Source of the DNA: Octopus sinensis
Taxonomy: Eukaryota
Direction: 5' to 3'
Length of the DNA stretch: 64,000 nucleotides
Assembly (NCBI RefSeq): GCF_006345805.1
Contig: NW_021835988.1
Coordinates: forward strand, 186,001 to 250,000
The position numbers and the translations under genes were made by a program. The notes under the pieces were generated by a model. That model was not told where the DNA came from. It saw only the letters and a list, made by a program, of their open reading frames with translations, and did not search any database. Shown piece by piece: positions 11,844 through 24,230 of this stretch. The first letter of the stretch is position 1. The number at the start of each line of letters is the position of its first letter.

Positions 11844-14371
11844 GAGCAGGCGAAGCTTTTATATGGAATCTAGAATTTTTTCTATTTTCTAATGTAAATT
11901 TTAATTATTATCTCAATTTTAACCGATTTTTTACAATTTTAAATCAATATTTTTTAATGGTTAACCAAAAATCGAATAGACTTCTCGATAATCAATAAAG
12001 GCCGTTGATGTCAGTGGGATGTTGGTTTTTCGAGATCCTGCTTTTTTTAAAAGGTACCAAAATTATTAAAAATGTGTTTAAGGTGAGACTTGGAAAAAAT
12101 TAACGTGTATTTTATATGTCAATATTGCTCAAAAATGAAATTTTGAAAGTATTCATTTATTCGACTGTGACAAATTATAATCGAATTACGTATATAATTT
12201 TCAATTTTTTGTGAATAATCGGAGGTGCAAAATTTCTATTACTCACCAAATTCTAAATCTCGCCAAGATTTGGCCGGTCTCAAAAATGCCGAGATTTAGA
12301 GGTTTGACAGTATCGTCGTTTTGGCACAATTAAAAAAATTTAAATTTCCATCATTTTTTGATAAAATTATCCTAATCAAAGTAAAATCAAGGAAAAAGAG
12401 ATTTGTCCAATTATTTTGATTCTCCATATAAAATTTTAAAAAGCAAAGAATGCATCTTTTGACAGCTATGGTGACTTTTGTTGTTTATGTCAACTACAAT
12501 GAGTCTCCCTATAAAACCCCAGAAAGGTTAAAAACCAAAAATATCTGTTCATGTGACATGGAAACTAGTTACGCATGAAAACTGATTACATGTGAAACGT
12601 GTGGGTAAACTAATTAAATATTTAAATTAATTTCTCAGTTAAGAAATACCTACAATAAATATTTCAATTGCTATCAGATAATTAATCTCATTAAACATGA
12701 TGTTACTAACCTCGAAATCCAAATTTACAGAAACATAAATTAATTATTTCGGTACTTTTTTTCACTTAGAACTTATTTTATTAACTGTTCAATTAAAATT
12801 AATTATTTTATAAATAATTCAAAGGGGTTATAACCCAGCCGAACGGATTGCTTGCGCGTTCCCGCGCACGATTGCGAACGAGGACAGATTACTGTGAGGA
12901 GCATAGACATTGATAATGCAAAGACTTTTGACACGACGCCTTAAATAAGAAGTATTTTGATTAAATATATATTTCAGAATTGGTTTCGGAAACTAAAAAT
13001 GGCATTTTATATTTCAGAAATGGTTTTATTTATGCTTGTAAAAAATGAACTTAAAAAATTTAATTTGAAGTACCAATTAAAAAAACCGATTAAAAAAACT
13101 AAATAAAGATACAGATTATTATTTCAATAATAATTATAAACTATTTTTCATTAATTATTGTTTAATTATTTTTAATGGCAAACCAAATAGATTATGACCT
13201 CTCTAGATACGGTTTCTCTAGCGAAAGTCAAAATTATTCTTGTTTGTTTCCTCGTCTTGATAAACTTAGGCCATTATTATGTCACTATTCTTCTATTTTT
13301 GCAATATGAGATTTTACTTTTTTCTAACATACTATTGCTTATTTATCCCTGAGTAAAGTATCATAATATCGTCAGCATAAATAATCATTTTGGTGTTTTT
13401 GATATAAACATTATGCTTTTGTATATTATCATAACCAATAAAAATGTCATTATTTCCATAACTTTGACGCATCGTATCTGCAAATATCATTTAGAAATGT
13501 ATCTACTTAAAAAATCATCTTTTTTAAAAATGTCACTCACGGAAATAATGCCTCCATTTTGTTTGCAATGCGTTTTTGCTTGAAAATATGTTTTTTACCG
13601 CTGTTACATATGTATAACATGCATAATTAAAACATTCTATTAATTTTATGATGTATTTATAATAATACTGGGAACTGACATTCGGCCGAGTGACCAAAGT
13701 AATAATACAGCAGTTAAAATGATTCCACAATAATTGTTAAGGCATCTAAATAACAAGTTAGGAAATTAAAAAACTGATTCGACGAGGAACAATCTAATTC
13801 AAATATATTATTTTTTCAGATATGCAAAGTTTAAGAAATTGATATAAATTTGAACTTTCGCGTCTTTTTGAGCTCTTTCTGTCTTTTCTGCAGGTTTTTT
13901 CTCGTTCCAATACATAGCAACAATTTTCGCTTTGGCTTTCAGTGTTTGTAAAAAATTCTTACTCTAAGGTTAGCTCAGAATGTACTATTTACCTTGCAAA
14001 TCAATGATAATTTACTGAGAGCCTGTCGTATTTATACATCCTTCAATAATTTCTGATATGTGATTCCAACCTTATTTGAAGTTATAGTTCTTGTCTTATT
14101 TATCAATAAAATATCTGGCGTGTATCTCCACAAATTAATTAGCTGCTATAGATTTCAAGAAATGTGTCTTGAGTCTGTTTATATCGTATCGTCGACAAAA
14201 ATACATATGAATCTATCAACGTACTCCGTTATGTCTTCGCACGTAATCACTATTGAGCATTCGATCACAGTTTGTATTCAAATCGTTTACGTTTTTTGCT
14301 CGACTTTTTGTAAAATAAAATAGCAAATAGTCTACGATTTTTGATTCAATTGTCTTAATTACAATATAAAT

Positions 14372-15960
14372 CGCTCGCATGGCAAGCGAACATGATACCC
14401 CTACACCACAGGCGCTTTTTTCATGAATCGTCGTTTGTTTGGGATTTTACGATTTGGATCATTCTAAAGTTTAGAAATGAAAAATCATATTGTAATGGTG
14501 ATTTCATCAAGCAATGCCTTGTAAAAACAGCGAATATTATTTGTCCAGACGACGCCCACTTGTTTAAAGATATTTCATTAACAAGAAACACTGTTGCCGA
14601 ACACATTAATGAAATGGCATTGAATTTGAAACACCAATTAAAGTCTGATTTGTTAAAATTCGAATATTTTTCAATTGCAATCGATGAAACAGTCGACGTC
14701 GTTGGAATTGCACAATTAGCAATCTTTATAAGAGCGTGTGATTCAGATTTTAATATTTATGAAGAATTTATCAAACTAGTACCAATGCACGATACTACTA
14801 CAAGTAAAGATGTCTTTATAAAACTACTACAAATTCTCTTTGAATATGGGTTTGATTTGAAGAAGCTTGTATGTTTATGCACTGATGGTGCTCCGAATAT
14901 GGTTTGACGACATGCTGGCGTTGCCGCTAAATTGCGAGCTGAAATAGAAAAGGTAAATCCCGGGTCATCATTTGTTCATTTTTATTGTATTATTCATCAG
15001 CAATATTTGTGCTCAAAAATATTAAAAATTGAAAATACCATTAGTTTGGTCACGAAAACAGTAAACTTCAGAGGTCATCCCCTCAACCACCGGCAGTTTA
15101 GTAAACTGCTGACAGATATTAATAATCAGTTCAGCAACATTCCTTTTTATACTCCAGTCCGCTGGTTATCACTTCACAAAGTTGTTAAAAGATTTTATTT
15201 ATTGAGATCGGAAATAATTTTATTTATGGAGATGAAAGGCCAAAACACAGACGAAATGAAAAGTCAATCTTGGATCAAAGATTTGGCATTTGCAGTGGAT
15301 ATTATCACACATATGAACGACCTTAATTTAGAATTGCAGGGCAAAGACAAGCTCATAACTCAGTTGTCAGATCATATCAAGTGTTTTATTTCGAAAATAA
15401 AATTATGGAAGTTTCAGCTATTAAATGAAGATTTATTTCATTTTCCTACGTGCAAAGAGCTCAGGAGTACTGTTGATGCACATAATGTAATGAATTTTTC
15501 TCAGTATGAAAGACAACTAGAATCGTTGTTAGAGGAATTTCAAGAAAGATTTAATGATTTTTCGTCTTTTGAACAACAATTTTCATTATTCGCATCACCA
15601 TTCTCTTTTAATGTTTCCAATGCAGATGAAAGTTTACAAATGGAACTATTGGAAATCCAATCAGATTCTATACTTAAAGCTAAATATTTGGAGGTTGGAA
15701 TACCTGCTTTCTTTTCATATCTTCCTGGAAAGTTTAAAAACTTTAAAAAGTTTGCAACAAAAATCATTGCTATGTTTGGTTTGACATATGTGTGTGAACA
15801 GCTTTTTTCATTTATGAAAATGACAAAAACTGCTCAAAGAGCAAGACTAACTGATGAACATTTATCCTCTTTAATATAAGTCGGAACTACACGAATAGCT
15901 CATCCTGACATATCAAAAATTGTATCTAAAAAAGATGTGAATCCTCTGGAAGCAGGAATA
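14372..15960 (+). pseudogene. 5'-truncated hAT (Buster/GTF2IRD2-like) transposase with nonsense mutations
   Basis: SIAIDETVD, TDGAPNMV*RHAG, YCIIHQQYLC, VRWLS, YVCEQLFSFMK. ORFs 14392-14907 and 14932-15879 are in the same frame, split by one TGA. Confidence 0.9.
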
Positions 15961-16293
15961 AGAATGATTTGAGGCGGTCCAGAAAGTTGCGAAACCATCG
16001 AGTTCAATAGGTGTGAAAACTCGAAGGTTTGCATTAACGTGGATAACCCCATACACACTTCAAATGTGGTCCACAATAAGGTCACCGGGGAGATTGTTAT
16101 CGTGGAGATGGGCATCACGTGCCTATACCGTTTGCAAACAGTGGAAGTGGAGAAAAGGAGCAAGTATGACCTCCTTGTAAACGAGCTAGGACTGATGCAC
16201 CAGTGTCATCACACACGGGATGACATGGAAGAAGAGGAAAGAAAAAGGGTGCGCGGGATGCCATCTTCTGTTCACTTCAAAAGCGTTTTTTAA
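15960..16293 (+). pseudogene. RLE-type non-LTR retrotransposon endonuclease fragment
   Basis: IVEMGIT..LQTVEVEKRSKYDLLVNELGL (E..K..KY nuclease motif). Confidence 0.75.
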
Positions 16294-16558
16294 ATCAATC
16301 TATGTTAGACTTACCGTCTTAAGTAAGCATCATTTTATAATTTGCCCCCAGCGCGGTAGGGGATAAAAAAACTTTATAATTGATAATGTCAAGACCGATA
16401 AGTAGCACAAAATCTTTATTTCTAAAATTGTCAATTGATATTTTATTATAGTTCAAATCGACGTTTTTTGTAAAAATAAAAATTGAAAAAGTTCTATTTA
16501 TGAAAAATTTAATTTAAAATTCTTCTTTTTGTTAAAATTTTTAATTAAATCCTAATAA

Positions 16559-17947
16559 ATGGCTACAATTAAAAAGATATTAGGCCAAAGAAAGAGTGAG
16601 GTGGTAATTTTGGACAACTATCTTTACAATAAGGATAGGGACATTGACGAAAAAACGACGAGATGGAGATGTCGGAAACGAACGTGTCGGGGGGCGTTAA
16701 TTTTGGACGAGAACAGCGAAGTCGTTGATAGGGTAGAGCATAATCATCATCCAGAAGATGATAACTCAATCAAACTCCTCGAGGCTAAAGCTGAACTGCG
16801 GAAAAAAGCAGCCGAGTCAATGGATAGGCCACTAAATGTTGTTGTGAATACAGTAGCGGCCTATTCAGCAGAAGTCAAAGGGAATCTCCCAAAGACACAA
16901 TCAATGGCTAAGACTGTGACTCGAGTCAGAAACAGAAGCATGCAAGTAACAGCTGTTACGAGATCTGATATTCCTGATGGCTGTAAAAAAAACAAACGTG
17001 GTGAAACGTTTTTTCGCAAAGATTCTGGAATCAATGACGTTAACCGACACGTCATTTTTGCTTCTGATTTTCAGCTTTGTTTTCTAAAAAAGTCGAAAAT
17101 TTGGATTGTTGATGGAACATTTAAAAGTGTCCCAAATCATTTTCAACAATTGGTGACGATATTTGTCAAATATTTGGGTAGTTACTGGCCTTGTTTTTTC
17201 GGGCTTTTGGCGAATAAAACGCATGAGTGCTATACGCACTTTTTTAATGAGGTCAAAACCCTAACTGACAGTGACCCAAAACATATTGTTTTGGACTTTG
17301 AAAAGGGGCTAATTAACTCTTCGGCTGCAGTTTTTACTTCGGCTAGGGTGTCGGGGTGCAACTTTCATCTTGGGCAGATGATTTGGAGGAAAGTCCAAGC
17401 CGAGGGACTTTGTGTACAATACAAAGATAAAGAGTGGCAACACCAGATTATCAGAGATTGCTTTTCTCTGGCTTTTATTGATGAGAAGGATGTTCTTTTC
17501 CAATTCGAAAAAATCTGCTTTAATTATGCAGAAATGACCGAAAAGGATACAAAGCTAGATGAATTTTTGGAATATTTTAAAAAACAATTTATTCCCGGAC
17601 TTGATGGTGAATCGCCAAGTTATGATGTTTCATTTTGGTCATGTTTTGAAAGGATCAAATCATCTGTTCCAAGAACTTCAAATGTACTAGAATCTTGGCA
17701 TCGGGTTCTTAATAGTTTTTTTCTAACCGCGCATCCTCACCTGACAAATCTAATTAATGTACTTTGTGTGCTAGAAGAAGAAAAGTATGTGAGGATGTGT
17801 CAAGCGAAGTGCGGAAAATTGGAACTACCTAAATCTGACTTTAAAAAGGAAGAAGAACTGAAAGTAATTTGTTATCACTACCAAGAATTTGAAACGGATG
17901 ATTTCTTAAGAATCATTGCTAAGTACACTTCTTTTAAAACAGAATAA
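16559..17947 (+). CDS. Mutator-like (MULE) transposase with N-terminal FLYWCH-like zinc finger, intact 462 aa
   Basis: YLY..WRC.K..CRG...HNH finger; MULE core WIVDGTFKSVP, VLDFEKGLINS, GCNFHLGQ, RTSNVLESWH. A 12-bp hairpin GACAACTCGCCT/AGGCGAGTTGTC lies just downstream; no left TIR found. Confidence 0.9.
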   Translation: MATIKKILGQRKSEVVILDNYLYNKDRDIDEKTTRWRCRKRTCRGALILDENSEVVDRVEHNHHPEDDNSIKLLEAKAELRKKAAESMDRPLNVVVNTVAAYSAEVKGNLPKTQSMAKTVTRVRNRSMQVTAVTRSDIPDGCKKNKRGETFFRKDSGINDVNRHVIFASDFQLCFLKKSKIWIVDGTFKSVPNHFQQLVTIFVKYLGSYWPCFFGLLANKTHECYTHFFNEVKTLTDSDPKHIVLDFEKGLINSSAAVFTSARVSGCNFHLGQMIWRKVQAEGLCVQYKDKEWQHQIIRDCFSLAFIDEKDVLFQFEKICFNYAEMTEKDTKLDEFLEYFKKQFIPGLDGESPSYDVSFWSCFERIKSSVPRTSNVLESWHRVLNSFFLTAHPHLTNLINVLCVLEEEKYVRMCQAKCGKLELPKSDFKKEEELKVICYHYQEFETDDFLRIIAKYTSFKTE

Positions 17948-20900
17948 AATTTTTATTGTTTTCTTCCTAAGCGAGTTGTCCGTCCTTGTTATTGTCGAGT
18001 TCCAGGACAACTCGCCTGTAGGCGAGTTGTCTGGCACCGTAAGGCAGTTAACGGAAAAGATTTCAAAACCGTTTTACTAGAAATAAAAGCATTATGTTTA
18101 TCGAAAGATATTACTAATCCTATTTTTATTATGGATAATGCGAGGATTCATCACTACCGTGGACTGGAAAATGATACTGAAGTATCAACTAATCAGGAAA
18201 TTTTTGCCACTATACTGTCCATTTTTAAATCATATTGAAAATGTTTTTTCAGTATGGAAAAACTTGGTAGTCCGTGGTAAAGCCAAGAATGAAAAAGATC
18301 TTAGATGCCTAATTACATCTAAATTCAACGAAATAACAAGTGAACATTGCGGATCCTTCTACAGAAAGATGTTAACGTATTTGAATAGATGCTCAAATTC
18401 TGAAGTGATTCAAGAATAACGATAATTTACTCTTTTTGATCTTTTTTTCATTAAATTTCCATAATAAAAATAGGATTATTTGTCGGCGAACCATCACATC
18501 ATTAGATATTATTTGTCGGCGAACCATCGCCGAGATTTATCACCAAATAAGTGTGTCTTCAACATCGCCAATGGCTGTCAGTACCTGGAAAAGAAAGAGG
18601 CGAGCTTGCCTACCAGCATCACTTTGCGAATAGAGAATGTAGCGACCAGAAACAGAAGTTTAATTAATTAAAAAAGACTAGAAAAAGATCAAAATATTAG
18701 AAAAAATCAGAATAGTAAAAAAGAATCAAAATAATAGAAAAATCAAAATAAACAATAAAATACTAGAAAGAAATAAATTGAAAAAAGTTTGTATGAATGC
18801 ATATTAATTAAATGATAAAATGAATACAAATTCACTTGCAAAATATATTTTATGCAAGATATTTTACCAGCAATCAATTTAATTAATAGTCAAACAAATA
18901 AAAAACGAAAATATTGTAAAAATTAAACATAAAAACACGAAATAATAAAATAAGAATTAGCTGCAACACATGCACAACAAAAGAAAATAATATAAAGTGC
19001 GTAATAATTTATCGTAGTTAATTCATAAATTAAAAACATTTAAAAATAAAATAAATAACATGTAATGTCTAAATCTGTTTTAATTCTGCTCGGAACGTAA
19101 ATTCAAAACACTATAAGATATGTGGCGTGCCTCACCTACGACGTGGTGGCATTCCACAATAAATGTGAAAAAGAGCCGCAAACTCCCTATCCCTTCTTCA
19201 TGGAGACGTGGATGGTGTCGTGCATTTCTACTTATCTCTGACGTTGTCAAATTAATTTCAGGAACAGCTCTGATTAATGTCCAGGTCAACTCGATGGAAT
19301 TCGAACAAAGATTATGGAACTTGGACGATTTTTTTAGTCCAACTCAGTGTATATTGCTTTAATTCAGGAGTCAAAACTTACACACAAAGATTCAACCCCA
19401 ACTTTCCCTGGATATTCCGTGTTCCGTAAACTTGGAAAAGCTAGAGGCCTCCTAACCTTTATCCGCAATCAGATTAATGGTATGGACCTATCAAACAAGA
19501 TATCGGCCATTATGGACATGGATTATCCTTTAGAACAAACCACAGTGAAAATAAGTTTGAGATCCTTCCGGATGACGATATATATACCTCCTGCGTCTTC
19601 ATGTTATAGAGGATATCGTCCTAAACTTGCAGATTTTATAAGATTGGAAAAAATATTAATTTGCGGGGATTTGAATGCAAAAAGCCCCTTATGGTATAAA
19701 AACCAACCATTCGACCAAAGAGGATCTATAATATTGGACAGATTGACAACTTGTTAATTCTGAATGACCAGAACAAACATACAAGAACTCCTTCCAGAAA
19801 TGGTGACTCCCGAAGGTCACTTGATATAACTCTAGCTGCCCCATCCATTGCCCAAAGAATCACGTAGGACGTTATTTATGACACCACATTTTCCTAACGA
19901 TGGCAAGATCTACCGGAGGTCCCCTTGAAGAGGAGTATCTTGCCTATAAGAAGTGTGTTAGAAAATTTGAAAAATCCATCCCTTTTGGACATTGATTAAG
20001 AATTCGAGACCAGGAAGAGATAAAGACAAGGAAAAGATAAAAGGAGACCCACAGACACCGGGATCACTTAATTAGACGATTACTATTCCTCTTTCCTGTC
20101 TTCCCGGGGTTAAATAATAATATAAAAATGGGTTTCGTTGTACTTTCAAAAGCAAATCTTCAAAAAATTTAAAAATCAGAGTTTAGGGATCTTGATGAAG
20201 TGATTGAAAAAAGAGAAAAACATAGATTGAAAATTTACCCAAAAAATTTTGAATTCTCTGACGAAAAAAAAATTTATTCGAAAAAACAATTGCTTACTCA
20301 GATTTTTTTGTATAGAAGAGGAAGAAGTAAAGCTAACAATGATTGAGGTTATCTATAATTCTCCTTGTGTTTAGAAGGCACATGATTCTAATCATTTTGG
20401 CAGAAATAGAATGATTAGTCAGCTGTCAGAAAAAATTTACGGTTTTACTCGAAATGAGATTGAAAATGTTATTAAAAACTGTGTTTTTTGTCAGGTATAA
20501 TTCATCTTCACTTGACGTATGTATGGATTAAACGAAGCAGGAAATTGAAAGGACATTCGGTTGTGTCAATAATGTCGACCCAAAATGTCAAAATCAGAGT
20601 TAACACGTCAATTATTACTGAAACGAAAGTCCACTTCAATAAACCTGATATTTTTTCGTTTATGACAATAGGAAAAAGAGCCCCGCGACCCGCGTGATAG
20701 ATACATAACCGATCTCATTGGCTTAAGGAGATATTCGGAATTAAAAGATTCAAATTCATGGGTATTACCATTGTTATATTTTAGGTTCTTGTTATCATTG
20801 ATTCGTTTTCAAAGTATGCAGCTGTTAAATTATAAACTAAGACAGCAAAAGAAATATCTAGTCATTTTAGAAACATTTTCTATATTATTGGTTCTCTAAT

Positions 20901-23358
20901 TATTTTGCAAACTGACAATGGAAAAGAGTCTAACAATTCCCATTTGAACGAGTTATGTGCTGAATTTGATATACATCATGTATGTGGAAGACCACGTGGA
21001 TAGTGGATACAAAGCCAAGTGGAGAGGTAATTACTAATTTATGAATTTTTAGATTTAGCCAATCCATTAAAAACTGGATATCTTCAACTAGTGAATCGAA
21101 TGGAAATTTTGGAAGATATGGTGAAATTATTAAAAAATTACTTATGACTATAATAAGACGGTCCATGCAACCAAAAGCATAGACCATTCAGCATTTTTAT
21201 GAATTATGAAAATGATTTTCTGCCGAATACAAAACAACTTGAAGGTCTAATGGCTTTTGACGCTGAAGATGAAAACGCGGAAATTTATTACAAACGAACT
21301 CGAATTTCAGATTGATTCAGTTTGTTTTAAAACGTTTATTTTGTTTGAAATGCTCAGTTTTTGTTAATTTTACGAAAACGTTTAATGTGGTGCAGGACAG
21401 GGAAACTACCCGGCATAAAAAGGAACAGACAAAATTTCAAACGCAACTCAACACTCTTCCGAAACTTGAAGCAAAGAAAAATTTCAGAATTTGCTTAGTC
21501 GAAATGATGACGAAGGCGAATATACCTCTTTACAAAATAAGAAATGAACACTTTATTAATTTTTTTAATAATCTCGGATTTACTGTTCCCAGCGAAAGTT
21601 GGTGCAGAAATATAGTTCCAGATTTGCAATATCAATTGATTGAAATGCTTAAAACAATTATTTCTGGAAAAGATATATTCATACTTGTTGATGAAACGGA
21701 AATCAATAAACAGAAATTTGTTAACGTTCTTTGTGGGACTATTGAAAGTCCTGAAAAATTTATTTATTAAATTGTTTGGAAATTGAAATTTGTGATGCAT
21801 CTGCAATTTGTAGAATTGTGGATGACACAATTCGAATTTATGATATAAAAAGGGAAAATTTTTTATTATTTATTTCTGATGCTGCCCGTTATATGACTTT
21901 AGCAGCGAGTACATTGAAGGTTATGTATATTAAAATGATTCATATAACTTGTTTTGCTCATCATCTGCACAATTGTGCATTAAAGATTAGAGCACATTAT
22001 AAATATATTGACGACTTAATCTCGTCTATCAAAATGTCGATTGTAAAAAATCCCTCCCGGAGGAGTCTTTTTACAGTTATTGGACTTCCACCTGATGTTG
22101 TTCTAACAAGATGGGGCAGCTGGTTGGGCGCAGCAAAATATTATAGTCGACATCTTTCAAGAGTTCGCGAAATTGTCTTATCCTATCCAAATTGTGGAAA
22201 GATTGTGATGAATGCGAAAAATGCTGTTAGCCCTGAAAATTTGGAGAAAAATCTGGCAGAGTTAATGGCTTCATACAACCCTATTATTGATGAAATCAGA
22301 AAATGCCAAGAAAAATTTTATACAATTAAAGATGCAATTGAATTCATTGATTCCGTTAATTTTGGTGAGGATAATTGTGACATCAACAAGTATTTTTTAA
22401 AGCGGATAAGTATGTTACCATGGACGAATATTAAAAATGCTAGAATTTCTAGTATTTCTTCAGAAACATTTATTTACTTATGGAAATGTCCTTCAACATC
22501 AATATCTGCAGAAAGAAGCTTTTCTATGCTGAATAAATTGCTCGAAAAAGATAGAAACTTCAAGCCAGAAAATATTAAATATTATATGATGCAATATTAT
22601 AATAAATTCATTGATTGAAATGTTTAATTTTTTCATATTTTCAAATTCAGAATATCTAAAAATCAAAATTCGATAGGTCATATTTTGATTTTTTAGGTCA
22701 TATTTTAATATTTTTAAGTTATATTTTAGAATTTTAAAGTCATATTTTTTACGGTCATATTTAATTTTTTTAAGGTCATATTTCTGGTTGCCCTATAAAT
22801 AACAGATTCAAATATGACAATTTCGTCTTAAAAAAATATGTAAAAAAAATTTTAATAAAAAATTATAAATTTCTTTTAAGATGCCAATCTGTGGGAAAGA
22901 CAGATTTTTGTTACGACGATTTATCAAATTGAAAAGCAAAAAGATATTAATAATATATTAATTAATTTCTTCAAAAAACAATTTTTTTGGGTTTTAGTGG
23001 TGCATGAATAGGCTTGAATGGCCACTTAATAGTCCAAGAAAGTTTGCCCTCAAATGCGAAAAAAGTTTTTTGATATACGAGTATTCCCCCGAGTACTACC
23101 CCTTATCAACGGAACATGTATAGTCCTCCTAATTAGTCGACAGTCGGTGACGAATTTGCCCATAAATATTCCCGTCTTGTACGTACATTCAAATACCAGC
23201 GAGGAACATTGGTAACACGTGACTATTTACAAAATTCTAAGTTATTCAATACATTTTAGTTCGAATGGGATATCAGGTTGGCTGAAGAAAAACGCAAAAT
23301 ACTACTCGTAATTGACCAATGTTTTTGTTCGAATGGGGCACTTTTCTATTGGGGCGGG

Positions 23359-24230
23359 TATCTCAACAACTGCATTAACCTTAGCACAATGCTCTGATTG
23401 TGTGCTGATCCCTATGAATATATACACATATTTTGGGACTCAATTCATTTTTTCATATCTTGAGTACGACCCGATGTGTTACGGGTGCATCGTCGACTTG
23501 ACAGACCGGAAGGATGTCTTCTTGACTGATAATTTTATGCTGTTGTGGCTCTTCACGGACGCATGTCTTGGTGGTCCAGGAGGGACTAATCTGAATAGGT
23601 TCATAGTAAGAGCGTTTCCAGACCCTATAACCGAGTCTATTACATTCTGGAAGAACATCTGGAATGTGACCAGTGATGCATCCATCAAACAAGCGTGTTG
23701 CTTAGCATTGTCAGTGGAGTATGGCGTAGTCACTACAATGTCCTTCCGGAACCTTATAGAGTCACCACAATCACTTAACATAAGAAAAAATACAGATATT
23801 GATGAGATCATAAAGAAAATGATTAAACTTCAGATGAAAAATGACGGTCGACGTTACAGTGAGAATGCAATCTCTGAGGTGATCACAAGCTACTTTGAAA
23901 CCGAGGGCTTGTTGATTGAATACATGATGTCAATCAGACCACTCTTCCCACGGTTTCTGTCGGAGTTGTATTCAAGCTCACTGTTAGGGTACGCAGATTC
24001 AATAATACGCTTGTATCTCGGTGCCAAGTCGGTCAGGACTATGTTCAAGGCAAGGATGGCCAAAAGTGTAATCAAAGAGGGGATCAGAAGTGAAGCTCAA
24101 ATGTATTTGAGAGTGTTGACTAGGAAGGTATATGAGACAATGAACTTTCAATGTGCGGCAGAGAAGGCTGATCAAATGAGGTTGCAATCATGGGGGAGGG
24201 AGGTGATAGGTGCAACAGTCCCTCACCCTT
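23359..24230 (+). other. L: Second copy of the rhabdovirus-like L EVE
   Basis: ORF 23312-24241 translates identically to 6032-6961. Confidence 0.92.

Larger units (their letters stand above)
1..14371 (+). repeat. Copy 1 of a ~17.28-kb-period tandem segmental duplication
   Basis: Position 1 matches 17282, and the ORF track repeats at about +17,280. Similarity runs to ...ACAGAAACATA (12737 = 30014), resumes at 12909 = 34314, and ends at ...ACAATATAAAT (14371 = 35776). Confidence 0.97.

Noticed and set aside
12540-12700. PHD-like Cys-rich exon (ICSC..TCETC) with a 34-nt intron at 12605-12638
   Set aside because: In-frame stop and no convincing continuation; cannot be supported as a gene.
14905-15879. 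Alternative genetic code (stop reassignment, as in ciliates with tiny introns)
   Set aside because: Premature stops in TE relics are of mixed types (TGA 14905, TAA 3551 and 15877, TAG 3719) at scattered positions, while intact ORFs end normally in TAA/TGA; they look like ordinary nonsense mutations.
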